A stretch of 58,401 bases of DNA, filler included, from Squatina squatina (GCA_031763465.1; 4 parts of 4 records of this genome joined end to end with filler, not necessarily neighbours in it); one strand, 5' to 3'. Positions 37,558-50,935 are shown, counted from the whole stretch's first letter. The notes: generated by a model from the sequence alone, not told the origin. Made by a program: numbers and translations.

Positions 37558-40500
37558 CTTGAAAATAATCAATTAATCTTGTTTTAGCATTATTGNNNNN
37601 NNNNNNNNNNNNNNNNNNNNNNNNNNNNNNNNNNNNNNNNNNNNNNNNNNNNNNNNNNNNNNNNNNNNNNNNNNNNNNNNNNNNNNNNNNNNNNNGTCCG
37701 CTGACAGAGGAAGTTCACAGGATTGCTCTTGGCCGGGGTGGGATGTACTCTTGCTCCTCATGGCCCACAAGCAGTGCTGGAAAAGTACTCCATGTAGCAG
37801 CCCTCCCCTCCTTTAGCTGCCGGGTTTCCCGAGGCCTGGGAAATCCAGCTGACAAGCATTAAAGCTGGAACAGGGAAGTAAATCTGAGGCATGCAGTCGC
37901 ATTATAATATTTAAATATACGACCCACCACCTGGGAGCGGGTTGGTTGCTTGGAGGTGGATTTGGGTCAGGTTTGAGATTATTTGCATTTTTACTTCCCA
38001 CTCGACCCAACTCTACTTGTTTTTGGAGGGTTAAACTTACACCCAACAATTCATTTTGGTGACTTTCCACCGCAGTTGGAAATTGTTTTCCAGTTCTGAC
38101 AAAAGGTCACAGACCTGAATTGTTGATGCTGTTTCTCTCTCCACAGAAGCTGCCTGTCTTGCTGAGCAGTTCCAGCATTTTGTTGTTTATATTTACTGAA
38201 GAAACACAGGTTGCCTGGTCCTTCTTCGAAATGCAGTATTGCAACATTAATTTTGTTCCTGTTATCAACACAGTGTCCTGTAGGTGGCGCCCAAATACCA
38301 TTCTTCTAATCCTGGATTAAATTAATGCAGCAGGGAAAGTACTGGCATTGAAGCATTGCACTGTTCACTTTTTAAATAGCCTGGCTCCTAAGCAATCAAC
38401 ATAAATTAAGTATTTACAAAGCCTCTATCTTTTCTCATAAAAAGGGGTCACTGGAGTCTCACCAATGGTCAGGCAGAAAATCCCACAGAAATGCCTCAGT
38501 TGTTAAGTAAGTACTTTGCAGCCCATTAAAGCTGAGGCTGATTTAAGTTCCCCGTTCATCCTCTGATCATTGATCTCACATCACTGGCCACCGTATAGTG
38601 TGGTACTGATGCAGAACTGACACAGGATGGAATCCTTTCTGTCCTTCATTATTGTAATTTCAAAGCAATTATAGCAAACTGTAAATGGAATTATAATTAA
38701 AAGAGTAAAAATTCTTCAACCTGACCATCTTTTAGAATTTTCAATCAGCATTTGCTTTCCCTTTTCTTATCTGTTCACCGTCTTCCTTTATTTGGTAAAT
38801 CAACTGCTCAGGTATTGGTTCCTCCGGTGCCGTACTTAAAGAAAGGATGAACATGGAAATGAGTAATTCACTTTGTCCCTTATCATACGCCTTGAAATGC
38901 TACACAAACAATGAATTACTTTGAAGTTGTGGCTTTTTGCTAGGGCAATTATTATGGCAGTCATTTTACACACAGCACCACCTCAATGCATCTACTTTTG
39001 GTGCTGTCAGTTCGAGAAGGAATTCTGATCAGGACTGAAAGTTCCTGTCTTTCTTAATAGTGAATTGGCAGCTGGTTTTACATCCTGCCTGATTTTAGAA
39101 CCATAGAACCNNNNNNNNNNNNNNNNNNNNNNNNNNNNNNNNNNNNNNNNNNNNNNNNNNNNNNNNNNNNNNNNNNNNNNNNNNNNNNNNNNNNNNNNNN
39201 NNNNNNNNNNGACATCTTATTTTAAAGTAGAGTTCCAGATGAAATTGTCCACATAGAAATTGAAAAGTAAATGCCCAAGTTGATCAACAAGGTGGAGCAG
39301 TATTGAGTGGACAATTAATTAGGGCAATAGAAGAAATTTGAGGTGAGATCGTCACAATCTGTTTCTCTTGAAAAATAACACTGGCTGAGTTGGTTTGGAG
39401 GAAGTAGAAATGAATTAGAAAAAAGAAGTCATGTGAATCAGAATNNNNNNNNNNAGGTGGCTGTCCTACTTCCCAGTGTAAAATGGGAATGGCAACAGCT
39501 CCAGGATCAGAAAGCTTGGCTCCTCTCCAAACAGCTTCTCGTTTTCTCCATCTGCCAAAACATGGAACATAAGTGCGTAGGACTGGTGATGAGGGAACTC
39601 AAGCTGAGTGTTAGCTTGGCCCACAGCCAAGGTTAAATCCAGAGAGAGATAGGGAGACTGGAAAAAAACAAAGAAATAACTGTTAGGAAAGCAAGATTGG
39701 GATACTTGCAATATAGACAATACANNNNNNNNNNNNNNNNNNNNNNNNNNNNNNNNNNNNNNNNNNNNNNNNNNNNNNNNNNNNNNNNNNNNNNNNNNNN
39801 NNNNNNNNNNNNNNNNNNNNNNNNCAATCTGACCCTGCACTACGTCAAAATTGACAGTAACTCATTCATCTGTGGGCTAAACCTTTTGTCAAGATAACCT
39901 TTCTCGACTATTTTTCTTTTCATTATTTTACATAGCAGACAAAATGCCACCAATATTGATCCTGACAGCATGGAGGCACTTTACTGTTTGAATTAGTAAG
40001 CTTCAGAAGAATAATCCTAGGACAACAGGGCCTTGATGCTGAGTATGAAATATTGAAGGATACCTCAGTATGCATTAGTAAGATTTGACTACAAGTAGGT
40101 AAAGATTTACATTCTTTGCTCTTTGCAGTTGTCATCCCGAAATTCGCACACCTCATTGATTTCAAATATTGCTTTTTCTTTTCTTTTCTGATATTTCCCA
40201 GTACAGAAAGTGCATAGCACAGAAACGCTGTTGCGAAAAAATTGGATGCATGCCCTTTCGCTCCTGGCGAGTTACGAAGGCTTTTATTAAACAAAGGCAA
40301 TAACATAAAAAATGACATTTTTAAAAAAGAGGCTGTAGGAAAAGCAATGAGGAGTTCAAATGTCACAACGCCAACTACCTTAATGAATTCATGATAAAAC
40401 AGTGCTGTGCGGGAACGGCATCCTGACATTTAGATGACTTGGAGGGGCAGGAGGGAAAACAATCTGAAGCCATCACTGCCATGGCTGGCAGAAACATTGC

Positions 40501-41354
40501 AAACAAATTGTGGCTGACATTTGAAATAGATAACTTAGATGTAATTCCCTCCCAGCCATCCCTTCCAGAGATGCACAATCACAAGCAATTTATGCAAATC
40601 TTTGCCTTTCTTTCAGCTCTGTGGGGAAGGCGAGGAGCAGAATGGCAAATCACAATCCACCACAGCTGAGGCCCGGCTGACAAATACCGCAATTGTTTTT
40701 CTTTAATCTGCACCAGATTGACTGCTGTGTTTCACAGATGTTTCCATACCACAGATTGATAAAAGAGAAAGGTTAATGCTATGCAAAGTCTGAACTGGCG
40801 CTGAAAGAATTGTAACAAAAATGCACATTTGGTGACGTGGCTCCTCCAAGCGAGTGTGTCACCGACTTCCTACTGTGTTTTTTAATAATTTAATTGGCCC
40901 AAGGTATATATTTAAAGGAGATGTACACCTGGGTAGGAGGTATTTGCTTGCAAATCCTTAATCCCTTTGTGTCTTCTGCCTTGAAAATCCAGCCCAAACT
41001 GGAATGAAAGTCTCCCTCTGTCTGTTGCATAAAGGTTCCAAGTGAAAGGAGCTTGGGCAGTCTCAATTCTATTTCTAGTGGGCATCGGATTACAGTCAAG
41101 AAGTTCCACTAAATCATCACCGATTGGGAATCTCATTCAGAGGGGGAATACTTTTAACTTTCAGTGATGTTGTGAAACGGCCAATATTGAATCAACCTAC
41201 TATTATACACTATGCCCAATTTTCTTTTGACTTTCATTGACTTTGCCCATTGTAAACCATTGCCTAAAGTTAAAATTGTCCCAGAGAGTCCATAGATGAC
41301 AAGAGAACCTTCATCTCAAGGGGACTGGAAAGCAAAGGCGTGAAAATTATGCTA

Positions 41355-41795
41355 CTGGTGGATAGAGCCCTGGTTAGACCACATCTGCATTCATTTCTGG
41401 GCACCGCACCGCACGAAGGATATATTGGCCTTGGAGGCGGTATAGTGCAGATTCACCGGAATGATATCAAGGCTCAGAGGGTTGAATTATGACAATAGGT
41501 TGCATAGACTAGGCTTGCATTCCCTCCACTATAGAAGAGTAAGGGGTGATCTAATTGAGGTGTTTAAGATGATTAAAGATATATGATAGGTAGATAGAGA
41601 GAAACTGTTCTCTTGGTGAGGGAGTCCAGAACAAGTGGTCATAACCTTATAATTAGAGCTCGGCTTTAATTATTCAGGGGTGATGTCAGGATCACTTCTT
41701 CGTGCAAAGGATAGTGGAAACCTGGAACTCGCTCTCCCAAAAAGCTGTTCAGGCTAGAGCAATTGAAAATTTCACAAACTAAGATTAATATATTT
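41355..41795 (+). mobile_element. CR1 LINE ORF2 3' fragment
   Basis: ALVRPHL..FWAP, RGDLIEVFKMIK, RTSGHNL and VETWNSL motifs with indels. Confidence 0.85.
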
Positions 41796-42007
41796 TTGTG
41801 CTTTGTACTGCTGCCACTAACACTTCTGATTGTCTGGAATCTCTTCTGCCTTCCAGACCATCACCCTATTATATTACCCGTTGTGCTGCCGTCTGGCTTC
41901 CGGGGGGNNNNNNNNNNNNNNNNNNNNNNNNNNNNNNNNNNNNNNNNNNNNNNNNNNNNNNNNNNNNNNNNNNNNNNNNNNNNNNNNNNNNNNNNNNNNN
42001 NNNNNNN

Positions 42008-42475
42008 CAGCAGGTGTGCTTCTTTCAAGAAGTGTCCGCTCTGCTAAGCTCCATCGAAGACGGGGAATGCGTTATCCTCGGGGGAGATTTTAACTGCACC
42101 CTCGAGGCAAGGGACCGTTCCAGTACCCAGCACCCATCAGCGGGGATGGGGAAGTTGAAGGAACTGATCGGGTCCTTCGACTTGGCAGACATCTGGCAAA
42201 ATCTCCATCCCAACTCCAGCACCTTCAATTTTGTAGGGTCTGGAGAAGGAAGGTCCATAATCGCCCGCCTTACATTTCCCGGGCGTACGCCTCCTGCATT
42301 CTTGTGGCTACCATGTGGCCGGTGCCGTGCTCAGACCACCATCTGGTGTGGGCGGAGCTCGATCCGCTGTACTCACAGGTGGGGTCCACGTACTGGCATT
42401 TTAACAATGTGCTGCTGGAGGACGGGCAGTTCCGGGAGTCATTCTGTCAGTTCTGGGCTGAATGGAGAAGGAAGT
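42008..42475 (+). mobile_element. Tx1/L1-clade non-LTR retrotransposon endonuclease fragment
   Basis: VILGGDFNCTL..RDR, LADIWQNLHP, SDHHLV and YWHFNNVLLED are APE-endonuclease motifs of Tx1-like ORF2. One frameshift near 42270. Confidence 0.9.
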
Positions 42476-42763
42476 TGTCATCCAGAAGCAGTGTTCCACC
42501 TTCCAACATAACAGCCTCTGGAAGTGAGGCAATGAGTTTGCTTGGCATTGTGGGACATTAAAAGGGCAATGCATTAAAAGGTCAATGCCTTCTGAACTGC
42601 TAAAAATAAAAGTGAAGTAAAAATAATACAGTTTTCAGCCCTAACTGCCTTTAAAAAAAAAATTAACATTAAAATGAAGTCCCAAATGGGAGTCTTCAGC
42701 TCTTAAAGCTGAATTCCCTTCCGAACCTCAAAAAATGGGAAAAGTGCTTCTGCACTAACACAA

Positions 42764-42990
42764 ATGGCTCAGCACACCAGAGAACGGCACTCAGGTTCTT
42801 GCACGCAGCACTCCAGCTTTGTGCAGGGGATCAACACTGCAAGAGAGGTCCTCTACCCACAGGGGCCAGGAGGCCCTCCAGAAAGAACATATGTGGGACC
42901 ACATCACCGAGGCTGTCACTGCCAGCAGGGTTGCCCCCACCACCTGGCTCCAGTGTCCAAAAAAGTTGCATGAACTCAGACCTGGTCAAG
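42764..42990 (+). mobile_element. Harbinger-associated Myb/SANT-like DNA-binding gene remnant
   Basis: Across frameshifts it reads MAQHTRER..RF.HAALQ..REVLYPQG/ARRPSRK/MWDHITEAVTASRVAPTTWLQCPKKLHEL, the trihelix Myb/SANT pattern (F...W..I...V.......RT..QC.KK..DL). Confidence 0.7.
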
Positions 42991-43336
42991 GCCTAAGGCT
43001 CAGCATCAGGTATGCCTCAGGCCTACCCATTCCAGTGCAGGGGTTGTTCACTGCACCCAGTTCACACCAGCAGGCAAACTGATTTCCAGGTATTGTGTTT
43101 TATATCTTTTCGGGCAGGAATTGGTGCTGCTCCCACTCTGCTGATTTGAGAACTTTTATATATATTTAGTATTTATCAAAGATATGAAAAGTTAAAAATT
43201 CAGATGCAGCTACTTATGTATTGAATATTTCAATTANNNNNNNNNNNNNNNNNNNNNNNNNNNNNNNNNNNNNNNNNNNNNNNNNNNNNNNNNNNNNNNN
43301 NNNNNNNNNNNNNNNNNNNNNNNNNNNNNNNNNNNN

Positions 43337-43777
43337 TAAACAATGCACAATGTTGTCTGTATTTAGTGTCAACAATACACAATGCAGTCTGGAGGTAGTG
43401 TATACAATGCACAATAATGCCTGGAGTTAACTGTAGAAAATGTACAATGCTGTCTGGAGTTCACTTTAAACAAGGCACAAAGCTGTCTGGAGTTAATGCA
43501 AACAATGCGCAAAGTTGTCTGGAGTTACCTGAAAACAATGCACAATGCTGTCTGGAATTAACAGTAAACAATACACAATGATGTCAGGAGTTAAGTGCAA
43601 ACAATATGCAATGCTGTCTGCAGTCAGTGTAAAACTATACAATGCTGCCTGGAGTTAGTGTAAATAATGCACGATGCAGTCTAGAGTTAACTGTAGAACA
43701 TGCACAATGCTGTCTGGGGTTAACTGTAACAATGCACAAAGCTGTCTGGGGTTAACTGTAACACTGCACAAAGCTGC
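43337..43777 (+). repeat. About 33-bp minisatellite, about 13 copies
   Basis: Consensus aaacaatgcacaatgctgtctggagttaactgt. Left end is at a gap. Confidence 0.9.
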
Positions 43778-44769
43778 ACTTGTGCTCATTGCAAAGAGGG
43801 GTGTTAATGTTAGGAAATGGAAGACTTACATAATAATGAGCATCAAGTATTCCTGGTTTAGATTAGATTCCCAATAAAGTTTCCTCCAACTTGCTCCAAC
43901 AACATCAGAAAAGGCAGCCCGACCCCACCAATGTTTATTTCTCCAACTCTGACAATTTCTGGCCTCTCAGAGTCTGAATGCCAAACTAGTACCAATTAGC
44001 ATCTGATTGAGAATAGTTTTATACTGTGCACCCATGCCTACAAAAATGTGGATTGAAATGGCTCATTCTGCCTCGGATGCTTATAGCTGGCAGACAGATA
44101 CTTCCAGCCCATTAGTCCGGGCTGCATTGGAACCCAGCAGAGATGCAAGATTTTGTTTCCTTTTCACACTATCTTTCAATTTACCACTGAATATATCTCC
44201 AAAGCAGCAATTACAGTCACTCATTGTCCCTGTTTTATTTCGTTCCTTTTCTTTTCATCTCAAACCATAAAGTCAAAACAAAAGGAAGATATTGATTACG
44301 TTGTGACAAAATATTGATACATTGCAATAGAGCTGCCAGTACTTGGCCTTGTTCCTGGATGTTGGGTATTAAATCTATGCTAATTCTGCATAATTGGCAA
44401 TCTGTAAAGCCATAAACCTTCAGAATCTAATTAAATTGGCATAGGATGTGGNNNNNNNNNNNNNNNNNNNNNNNNNNNNNNNNNNNNNNNNNNNNNNNNN
44501 NNNNNNNNNNNNNNNNNNNNNNNNNNNNNNNNNNNNNNNNNNNNNNNNNNNTAAAACCTGAAGGAATGAGACTCCACACTTGTAAAAGCTAATTTCCAGT
44601 GCCAGGGAGGTTGTTTGGCAGTAATTAAAACTTGCCAAATTGTTTAAAGGGTACTCAGACTGGAATGGAACAGAATGAACTTTCTGTGATGATTTCAGTT
44701 CGTATAGACTATGCAAAAACAGCAACTTCACCCCATTCAATGCATTTCAATGGTGAGCCAGCCAATTTT

Positions 44770-44921
44770 GTGAAGCTAATGGGCGAGTGGCACAAAATCT
44801 GACAGCAACTTTTGGATTTTCGAGTTTACCTGCCGCTTGCCTGAAGTTGCTGTACCATTTGTGTGTAAATAACAGCAAGCGCCATTGGCCTCACTGATAT
44901 ATTGTCAGGAAAATCTGGGCC
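44770..44921. mobile_element. Non-autonomous DNA transposon remnant (family of 51278-52023)
   Basis: ctgacagcaactt...aagttgctgt inverted repeat and aaaatctgggcc terminus. Confidence 0.55.
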
Positions 44922-46008
44922 ATTTTCCCTACCAGCAAACTCATCACAGTCCAGAGGTAGATCCAAGGTCTGTCCTGGTTCACTTTAACAACTGAGCCAT
45001 CAGACCAGCTTCATAGACTTTTGTTTAACTATAATCAGAAAAGAAGCCCGCTGGAATTTGACGAGTAGCGCAGCATTCTATTCAGAATTTTATAATAATT
45101 CCACAATACGGTCTACTTACAGCCTGTGGAAAAACAATAATTGCTTTTTCAGGTCTGTTTAGCTGTTTGAATTATGTTTTCAGGTATAATGTATGTGCTG
45201 GGAGCAGCAAAAGCCACGGTCTTTATTTTTGTAGCACGATTGGTTTCTATCTGACTGTATCAGGAGACTGTACCAGAGGGGTGCAATGTAATTTGCTTTC
45301 AATTGCCAGATACACGGGAGATAATAGGTTATTTCTTTACTTCCACTGCATGACAGCAACAAGAAACTTTTTGTCACACCATATGCCTGTGGTGGGAGGT
45401 TATTCAATTACTCAGCAGCAAGTCTCTACTTTCTCTGCAGATTCCTTCCTCCAAAGCAGTTAATTTACCTATTGAGCATCTGTTTTGATGAGCTGGTGTT
45501 GTGTTCTCCTCTGACTGGAAGCCAAGGTCATGGGCTTTGCAGAGAAGGCAGCCCTTTCCCGACTCTGATGATTGGCAGATGGTGGCTGTGTCTGTGAACA
45601 GGACTGTAATATTTGTAGTGACACTAAATGACAGTAGTGCCATGCTGTGTGGTGCTGCAAAAATTTAGTGGTAGCTTAAAAAGAAATGTCATCCTTCACA
45701 AGCCACGACACCTGATTTCTGTACCACATCTCATATGAAAATCATGTTTAATACGGGTTAAAAACTAAATTCGGCTTAATTACATCATTTATTTTCAATT
45801 ACTCAGGACTTCAAGATAGCCTTGATGATGGTTTGGCAGGGATGCCATCCCATAATTTCTTATCTGCTTCAGTGTACACTTCCTTTTGCAAGCTACATCC
45901 TTGTAATTCCAAGTTAGCTTTATCTAACCACTACTTCTTAACTTTATATCATCTTCTCTCATAANNNNNNNNNNNNNNNNNNNNNNNNNNNNNNNNNNNN
46001 NNNNNNNN

Positions 46009-46020
46009 TTAATTAATTAA
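46009..46020. other. Artificial scaffold linker TTAATTAATTAA
   Basis: Same 44N-12mer-44N structure. Confidence 0.95.
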
Positions 46021-46064
46021 NNNNNNNNNNNNNNNNNNNNNNNNNNNNNNNNNNNNNNNNNNNN

Positions 46065-46485
46065 ACCCATGCTCGCTGATCTACATTGGCTTCCGGTCCG
46101 GCAATGCCCCGATTTTAAAAATCTCATCATCATGTTGAAATCCCTCCATGGCCTCGCCCCTCTCAACTATGTAACCTGCTCCAGTCCAACAACCCTCCCG
46201 AGATCTCTGCATTCCTCTGACTGTGTCCTCATGTGCATCCCCTATTCCCTCCACCATTGGCGGCCGTGCCTTCAGCTGCCTGGGCCCTAAGCTCTGGAAT
46301 TCCCTCCCTAAACCTCTTCTCCTCTCTACCTCTCTCCCCTCCTTTAAGTTGCTCCTGAAAACCTACCAAGCATTCAGTCACCTGTCCTAATGGCTCCTTC
46401 TTTGGCTCTCTGTCAAATTTGGTTTGAACACGCTCCTGTGACGTTTTACAATGGTAAAGTCACTATGTAAATACAAGTTCTTGTT
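46065..46485 (+). mobile_element. L2 LINE 3' end
   Basis: PMLADLHWLPVRQCPDFK.L...KSLHGLAP and LWNSLP motifs, then the ctatgtaaatacaagttcttgtt tail. Confidence 0.85.
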
Positions 46486-47896
46486 ATATGTAGGTGAACC
46501 GATCATATTCAAAACAGCCTCTGCCAAAATACGTTATTTCATAAACATCCTGTATTTTACAATAAATGTCTAAGTCATTACCAAATAATGCCTCACTTAG
46601 AAAGCACTTCACAATCTGGACAACAATGTAATAAAACAGACAAAAAATTGTTAGGAGTAAAATTGGCTAGGAGCCTGAAGTTTACAGGTCATTGGGTTGC
46701 AATGTGTATTTATGAGCTCCAATCAATAGGGGTAATAAATTCTATTAACCCTTTCCCAAGCCAAATTTTCAGAAAGTGAGCTGCACTAGAAGACAGAACT
46801 TGGCTACTACCAAAACTGAAATAGACAAGATTAACACAAATGTAAAAGGATTTAGCTTGTACAATGAACTAACAAGCATAATAAGACATTGTTAAATTAC
46901 TTGTCTACACTGCTTAGACATTGATCAATAGGTCTGAACGATTGCTACTCATAAATCTAATCACATTGTCAGTACCTCAAGTTTCTGAAAAGTTAAGAAA
47001 TTCACTTTACTGTCTCAGGTGTTAAGCAAATTAACTTGGTCAACTCTAATCCTCAGTACACATTGAAGCTATCTAAAAAGCAAATCTCCAAGTAACAGTA
47101 TACTGTGATAGAATACATTTGCTAAAATTCCATTGCTTATAGCGATTCCCTACATTATAGAGATTGTATTCTAGTAATGTTATTCTTCCACTTCAAAAAC
47201 ATTCATCTCCCACAGGATTTAGCATGTCAGGTTTATTTCACCAAGTATTCATTTGATTTCTCAGCTTTGTATCTTTATTTTAAGCAATAGTGAATACATT
47301 AAAATAAAAATACAAAGCAAATATCCAGTCGATCTGAGCACTACTAGACTGATTTTACTGCTTCTATTGTACTACACAAATGTTACATTTAGTTTTAACC
47401 CTACTTATAGATTTTACCTTGGGTGTTTTAACACTTGACAATGACAGAATGGTCAACTGGTTAACTGTTCCAAGTTCTTGCCTCTCTCAAATCAATTACT
47501 CATCGAGACTAAAACGAGGTTGTTCAGGAATTGTCCAGCTCATCTTGCGAGTACTTATTTTCTCTTGCACCCTCAGAGCAACTTCACCAGCATAGATGAT
47601 GTTCAAATTAATTTATAATCCCTTTATTCAAAACAAAATCTTATTTTTCCTTTACAGGAGTGCCATGCTAGGCTTAAAGTGAGCATTAACTATCTGCATT
47701 TTAAACTTTTAAGCACACAATAAATAACTTGTCACTTGCCTCTACACTTCCTCACAGCTGCACATGTAGTCTTTGANNNNNNNNNNNNNNNNNNNNNNNN
47801 NNNNNNNNNNNNNNNNNNNNNNNNNNNNNNNNNNNNNNNNNNNNNNNNNNNNNNNNNNNNNNNNNNNNNNNNNNNNGGAACGAGCATCAAGTAAAC

Positions 47897-48050
47897 TCAA
47901 AACCTCTTGAAAGATGATGATTTTTTGACACTTGAGTTTTCCTTGTCATCATCAGGGTTGTCATCCTGGGAGTGCGACTGTACTGTCGGCTGCTTCAGCA
48001 AGATTACATGGGTCATAGACAAGCTGGTGAAAGGGCGGACAGCCATTGGG
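47897..48050 (-). CDS. Candidate terminal exon of an unassigned gene
   Basis: Acceptor tttttcctttgatgcgttag, then an open frame PMAVRPFTSLSMTHVILLKQPTVQSHSQDDNPDDDKENSSVKKSSSFKRF*. No homology recognised. Confidence 0.3.
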
Positions 48051-50184
48051 CTAACGCATCAAAGGAAAAACTGTTAAATATAGATTTAAAATTTTATTAC
48101 AGGTGGCTAGCAGAGCAGGATTAGCAAAAAGAACAGTAGGTCAGTTGGCATCTGTGGAGTAAACAGACCGGCTAATGCTGCGGCCACTGCCCTTTGTCAG
48201 CCCAGTCCTGCTGGCGCATGAAACATTAACTTATTTGGTATCCCCACAGTTGCGGACTGACCTGTATGTTTCCAGCATTTTCTATATCTGTTCCAGATTT
48301 CCAACAGTTGCAGTTTTTTTATTGCTTTTTATTAGAATTTGCTTAACAGTTTTTCATTTATAATTAAGTTTTCATTGAGCCAGCTATATCATTTTTGGAG
48401 CAAATTCTGACTGTAAATCAGCCAGCAGCCTGCGAGGGAGCAGGAGGAGACAGAGAAAGGAAACAATGGGCCAGTGATTTCTTTCAGATGATAAACACAC
48501 TCTGTTGGTAATTATTTTGTTCAACAGGGCAATATTCAGTGCTGGGGACTGGAACATTTTTCCTCATTGCATAAACTGACCCCATCAAGCACATCATTAC
48601 TTCATTATACCATAGATCTGATGCAGACTGCACTGACAATCTGTCTTAACCCTAAGCTTAGCGGAGCACCCTGTTATGAAGTTTCATGATATCTTATTCC
48701 CCTAATGGTTAATTTTTATGGTTTTTCTAAGTACGATAGTCCAATTAGTTATAAATTGTTGATAGGTTTCCATTGCGATGAGCTGATGTTAAGACTGCCT
48801 TAAGGTTCCCAAACTCATCTCACATGGGGCTCATAACAGCCACCAGAGAGATTTTCATTTCATCTGTTTTAGCTGGATCCAAGCCCAAGTCTCAATAATG
48901 AAAGGAGTGAGTTCTAGCCTGCTGGGCCGCCCAGCCTGCTTGAGTTATGACAGACAATCTATTATTATTTAATTATTCTATCAAAAATGAGAATATAATT
49001 CACTGCTTTAGATTTTAAAAGATAGAGGGTGGAAGCATTTTATTAAAATGATAACAGGTTCATTTAATGGGTGGAGTAATGAACAGAAGGAACATAGCAA
49101 CAATATAACTTGACATATACATGTATTCTAACAATGTAGAACAGCCAAGTGTGGTTTTACNNNNNNNNNNCAGCGAAGGAGGGGTCGTCACCTAATTAGA
49201 CTTTATGTTAAATAATTTAAAGCTACCAAATCTGCTTTAATTAAAAATCTATAGTGTAGATTGACAGTGACAGAATGAATGGCCTATGTGTGTTTTGCAT
49301 TGAAATGAAATGTAGATATGCGTGGTTACAAGTATTGTTAAATAACAGTACCTAATCATTCTAATACAATGTAAACAATTGTAAACTGTAAAAAGGATTT
49401 CTTAAATCAACTCCCACAAATGTTGAGTATTTCTTTCATTCATTCTTCTTTCAAACAATTTCAAATCTTTTGCAGATAGTGCATTAACATATAGGTGTGA
49501 GGGCTCTTGATGTAACAAATATCCCACCCAATGGCTGAATTTGGTATATACAAGTTCTTATTTACAACGTTAGAACTCCCCCTCCTCATCAGTTGAGTAA
49601 AAGAGACTGGTCATTAAATTTATTAAGTCTCATTTTAACTCAAGAAACAGACACATAAAAAGAGATGGTTCTATTGTTCTATACTAGGATAGCCATCTTT
49701 GAGGTTTTTTTTGAGTGTATTTTTTATTGAATATGTTTTTCATTTGGTTTTATTCCCACAAATGCGGCATTTGCATCCCCAATTCTCAAAGTCTTTAAAA
49801 AAATTGTGTGCTTCCCCTTTAAAATTTTCAGGTATTATCGGATAGAAATATTTATAACATTCTCAGATTACTGTTGTAGACCATGCTCCACAGTTCTTTG
49901 CAACCAAAAGTTTATTTAATCTTAAAATATGTATCTTTGCACAAATCAAATCAGGTTGCAGTGTAAGTGTAGTGACATGCCTGTTTTCATTCTGGCACAT
50001 ATTCTAAGTACAAGCATATATACACATTTGTGCAGAATGTAAGTTGAAAGTATACAAGTACTTTGCAAAAATAGGTATTGAATTTTGCAAAAACAGTGCA
50101 GGTTATTACGTTGCAAAATACAAGATACATTTATAGCTATTTGAGAAAAAAAATAATTGGTTAAGTTATTTAAAGTTAATTTAT

Positions 50185-50634
50185 GGCCCGGAGTTTGCAG
50201 TTGTAATGTCGGCAAAACTGTCAGCGTTCGCCATGATTACAACTGTGAATCTGACAGCAACTTCTGGACTACGCACTTGCGAAGTTAAACCCAGAAGTCC
50301 AGAAGTTGCTGTCAGCCATTCCCTGCTCCTCCACACTGTTGAACTCCCCACTGCCGGCAATCAATTGAAATCACTGAACTGACGGGAATTTAAGCTTTCA
50401 CTCTGGAGTATCGCTCTTAAAAACCCCCGAAACAGTTCAGCCTTGTTGAATAACTGGATTTTTAAAATGGTGTACTGAGTCAGAATTACCGCTGAACAAC
50501 TGTTCTGACCCTGAAAAACTAATTTTATATTTGTGGAATGACAAATTTTTCCATTATGATAAAAATTCCATTGTCTTTTATAATAATTTGTTTTTAAGTT
50601 TTGTTTATGATATTTCAGCTTCTACCGTAATCAC
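50185..50634 (+). mobile_element. Non-autonomous DNA transposon, left part
   Basis: Starts ggcccggagtttgcag and is colinear with 51278-51700 (cctgaaaaactaattttatatttgtggaat...ccattatgataaaa). Truncated by a gap. Confidence 0.75.
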
Positions 50635-50734
50635 NNNNNNNNNNNNNNNNNNNNNNNNNNNNNNNNNNNNNNNNNNNNNNNNNNNNNNNNNNNNNNNNNN
50701 NNNNNNNNNNNNNNNNNNNNNNNNNNNNNNNNNN

Positions 50735-50935
50735 AAGTCATTAATATATATCAAGAAAAGCAGTGGTCCTAGTACCGACCTCTGGGGAACACCACTGTAT
50801 ACCTTCCTCCAGTCCGAAAACAGCCGTTCACCACACTACTCTGTTTCCTATCACTTAGCCAATTTCGTATCCATGCTGCCACTGTCCCTTTTATTTCATG
50901 GGCTTCAATTTTGCTGGCAATCCTACTATGTGGCA
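50735..50935 (-). mobile_element. CR1 LINE RT fragment
   Basis: [32 protein letters not shown] and GVPQ motifs. Homologous to 7640-7840. Confidence 0.85.

Noticed and set aside
39455-39640. Minus-strand exon (DGENEKLFGEEPSFLILELLPFPFYTGK*)
   Set aside because: It has a passable acceptor but no recognisable homology, and it lies on a very short contig between gaps.
39923-40429. 168-aa minus-strand ORF
   Set aside because: Composition is not protein-like, and the region looks regulatory or non-coding.
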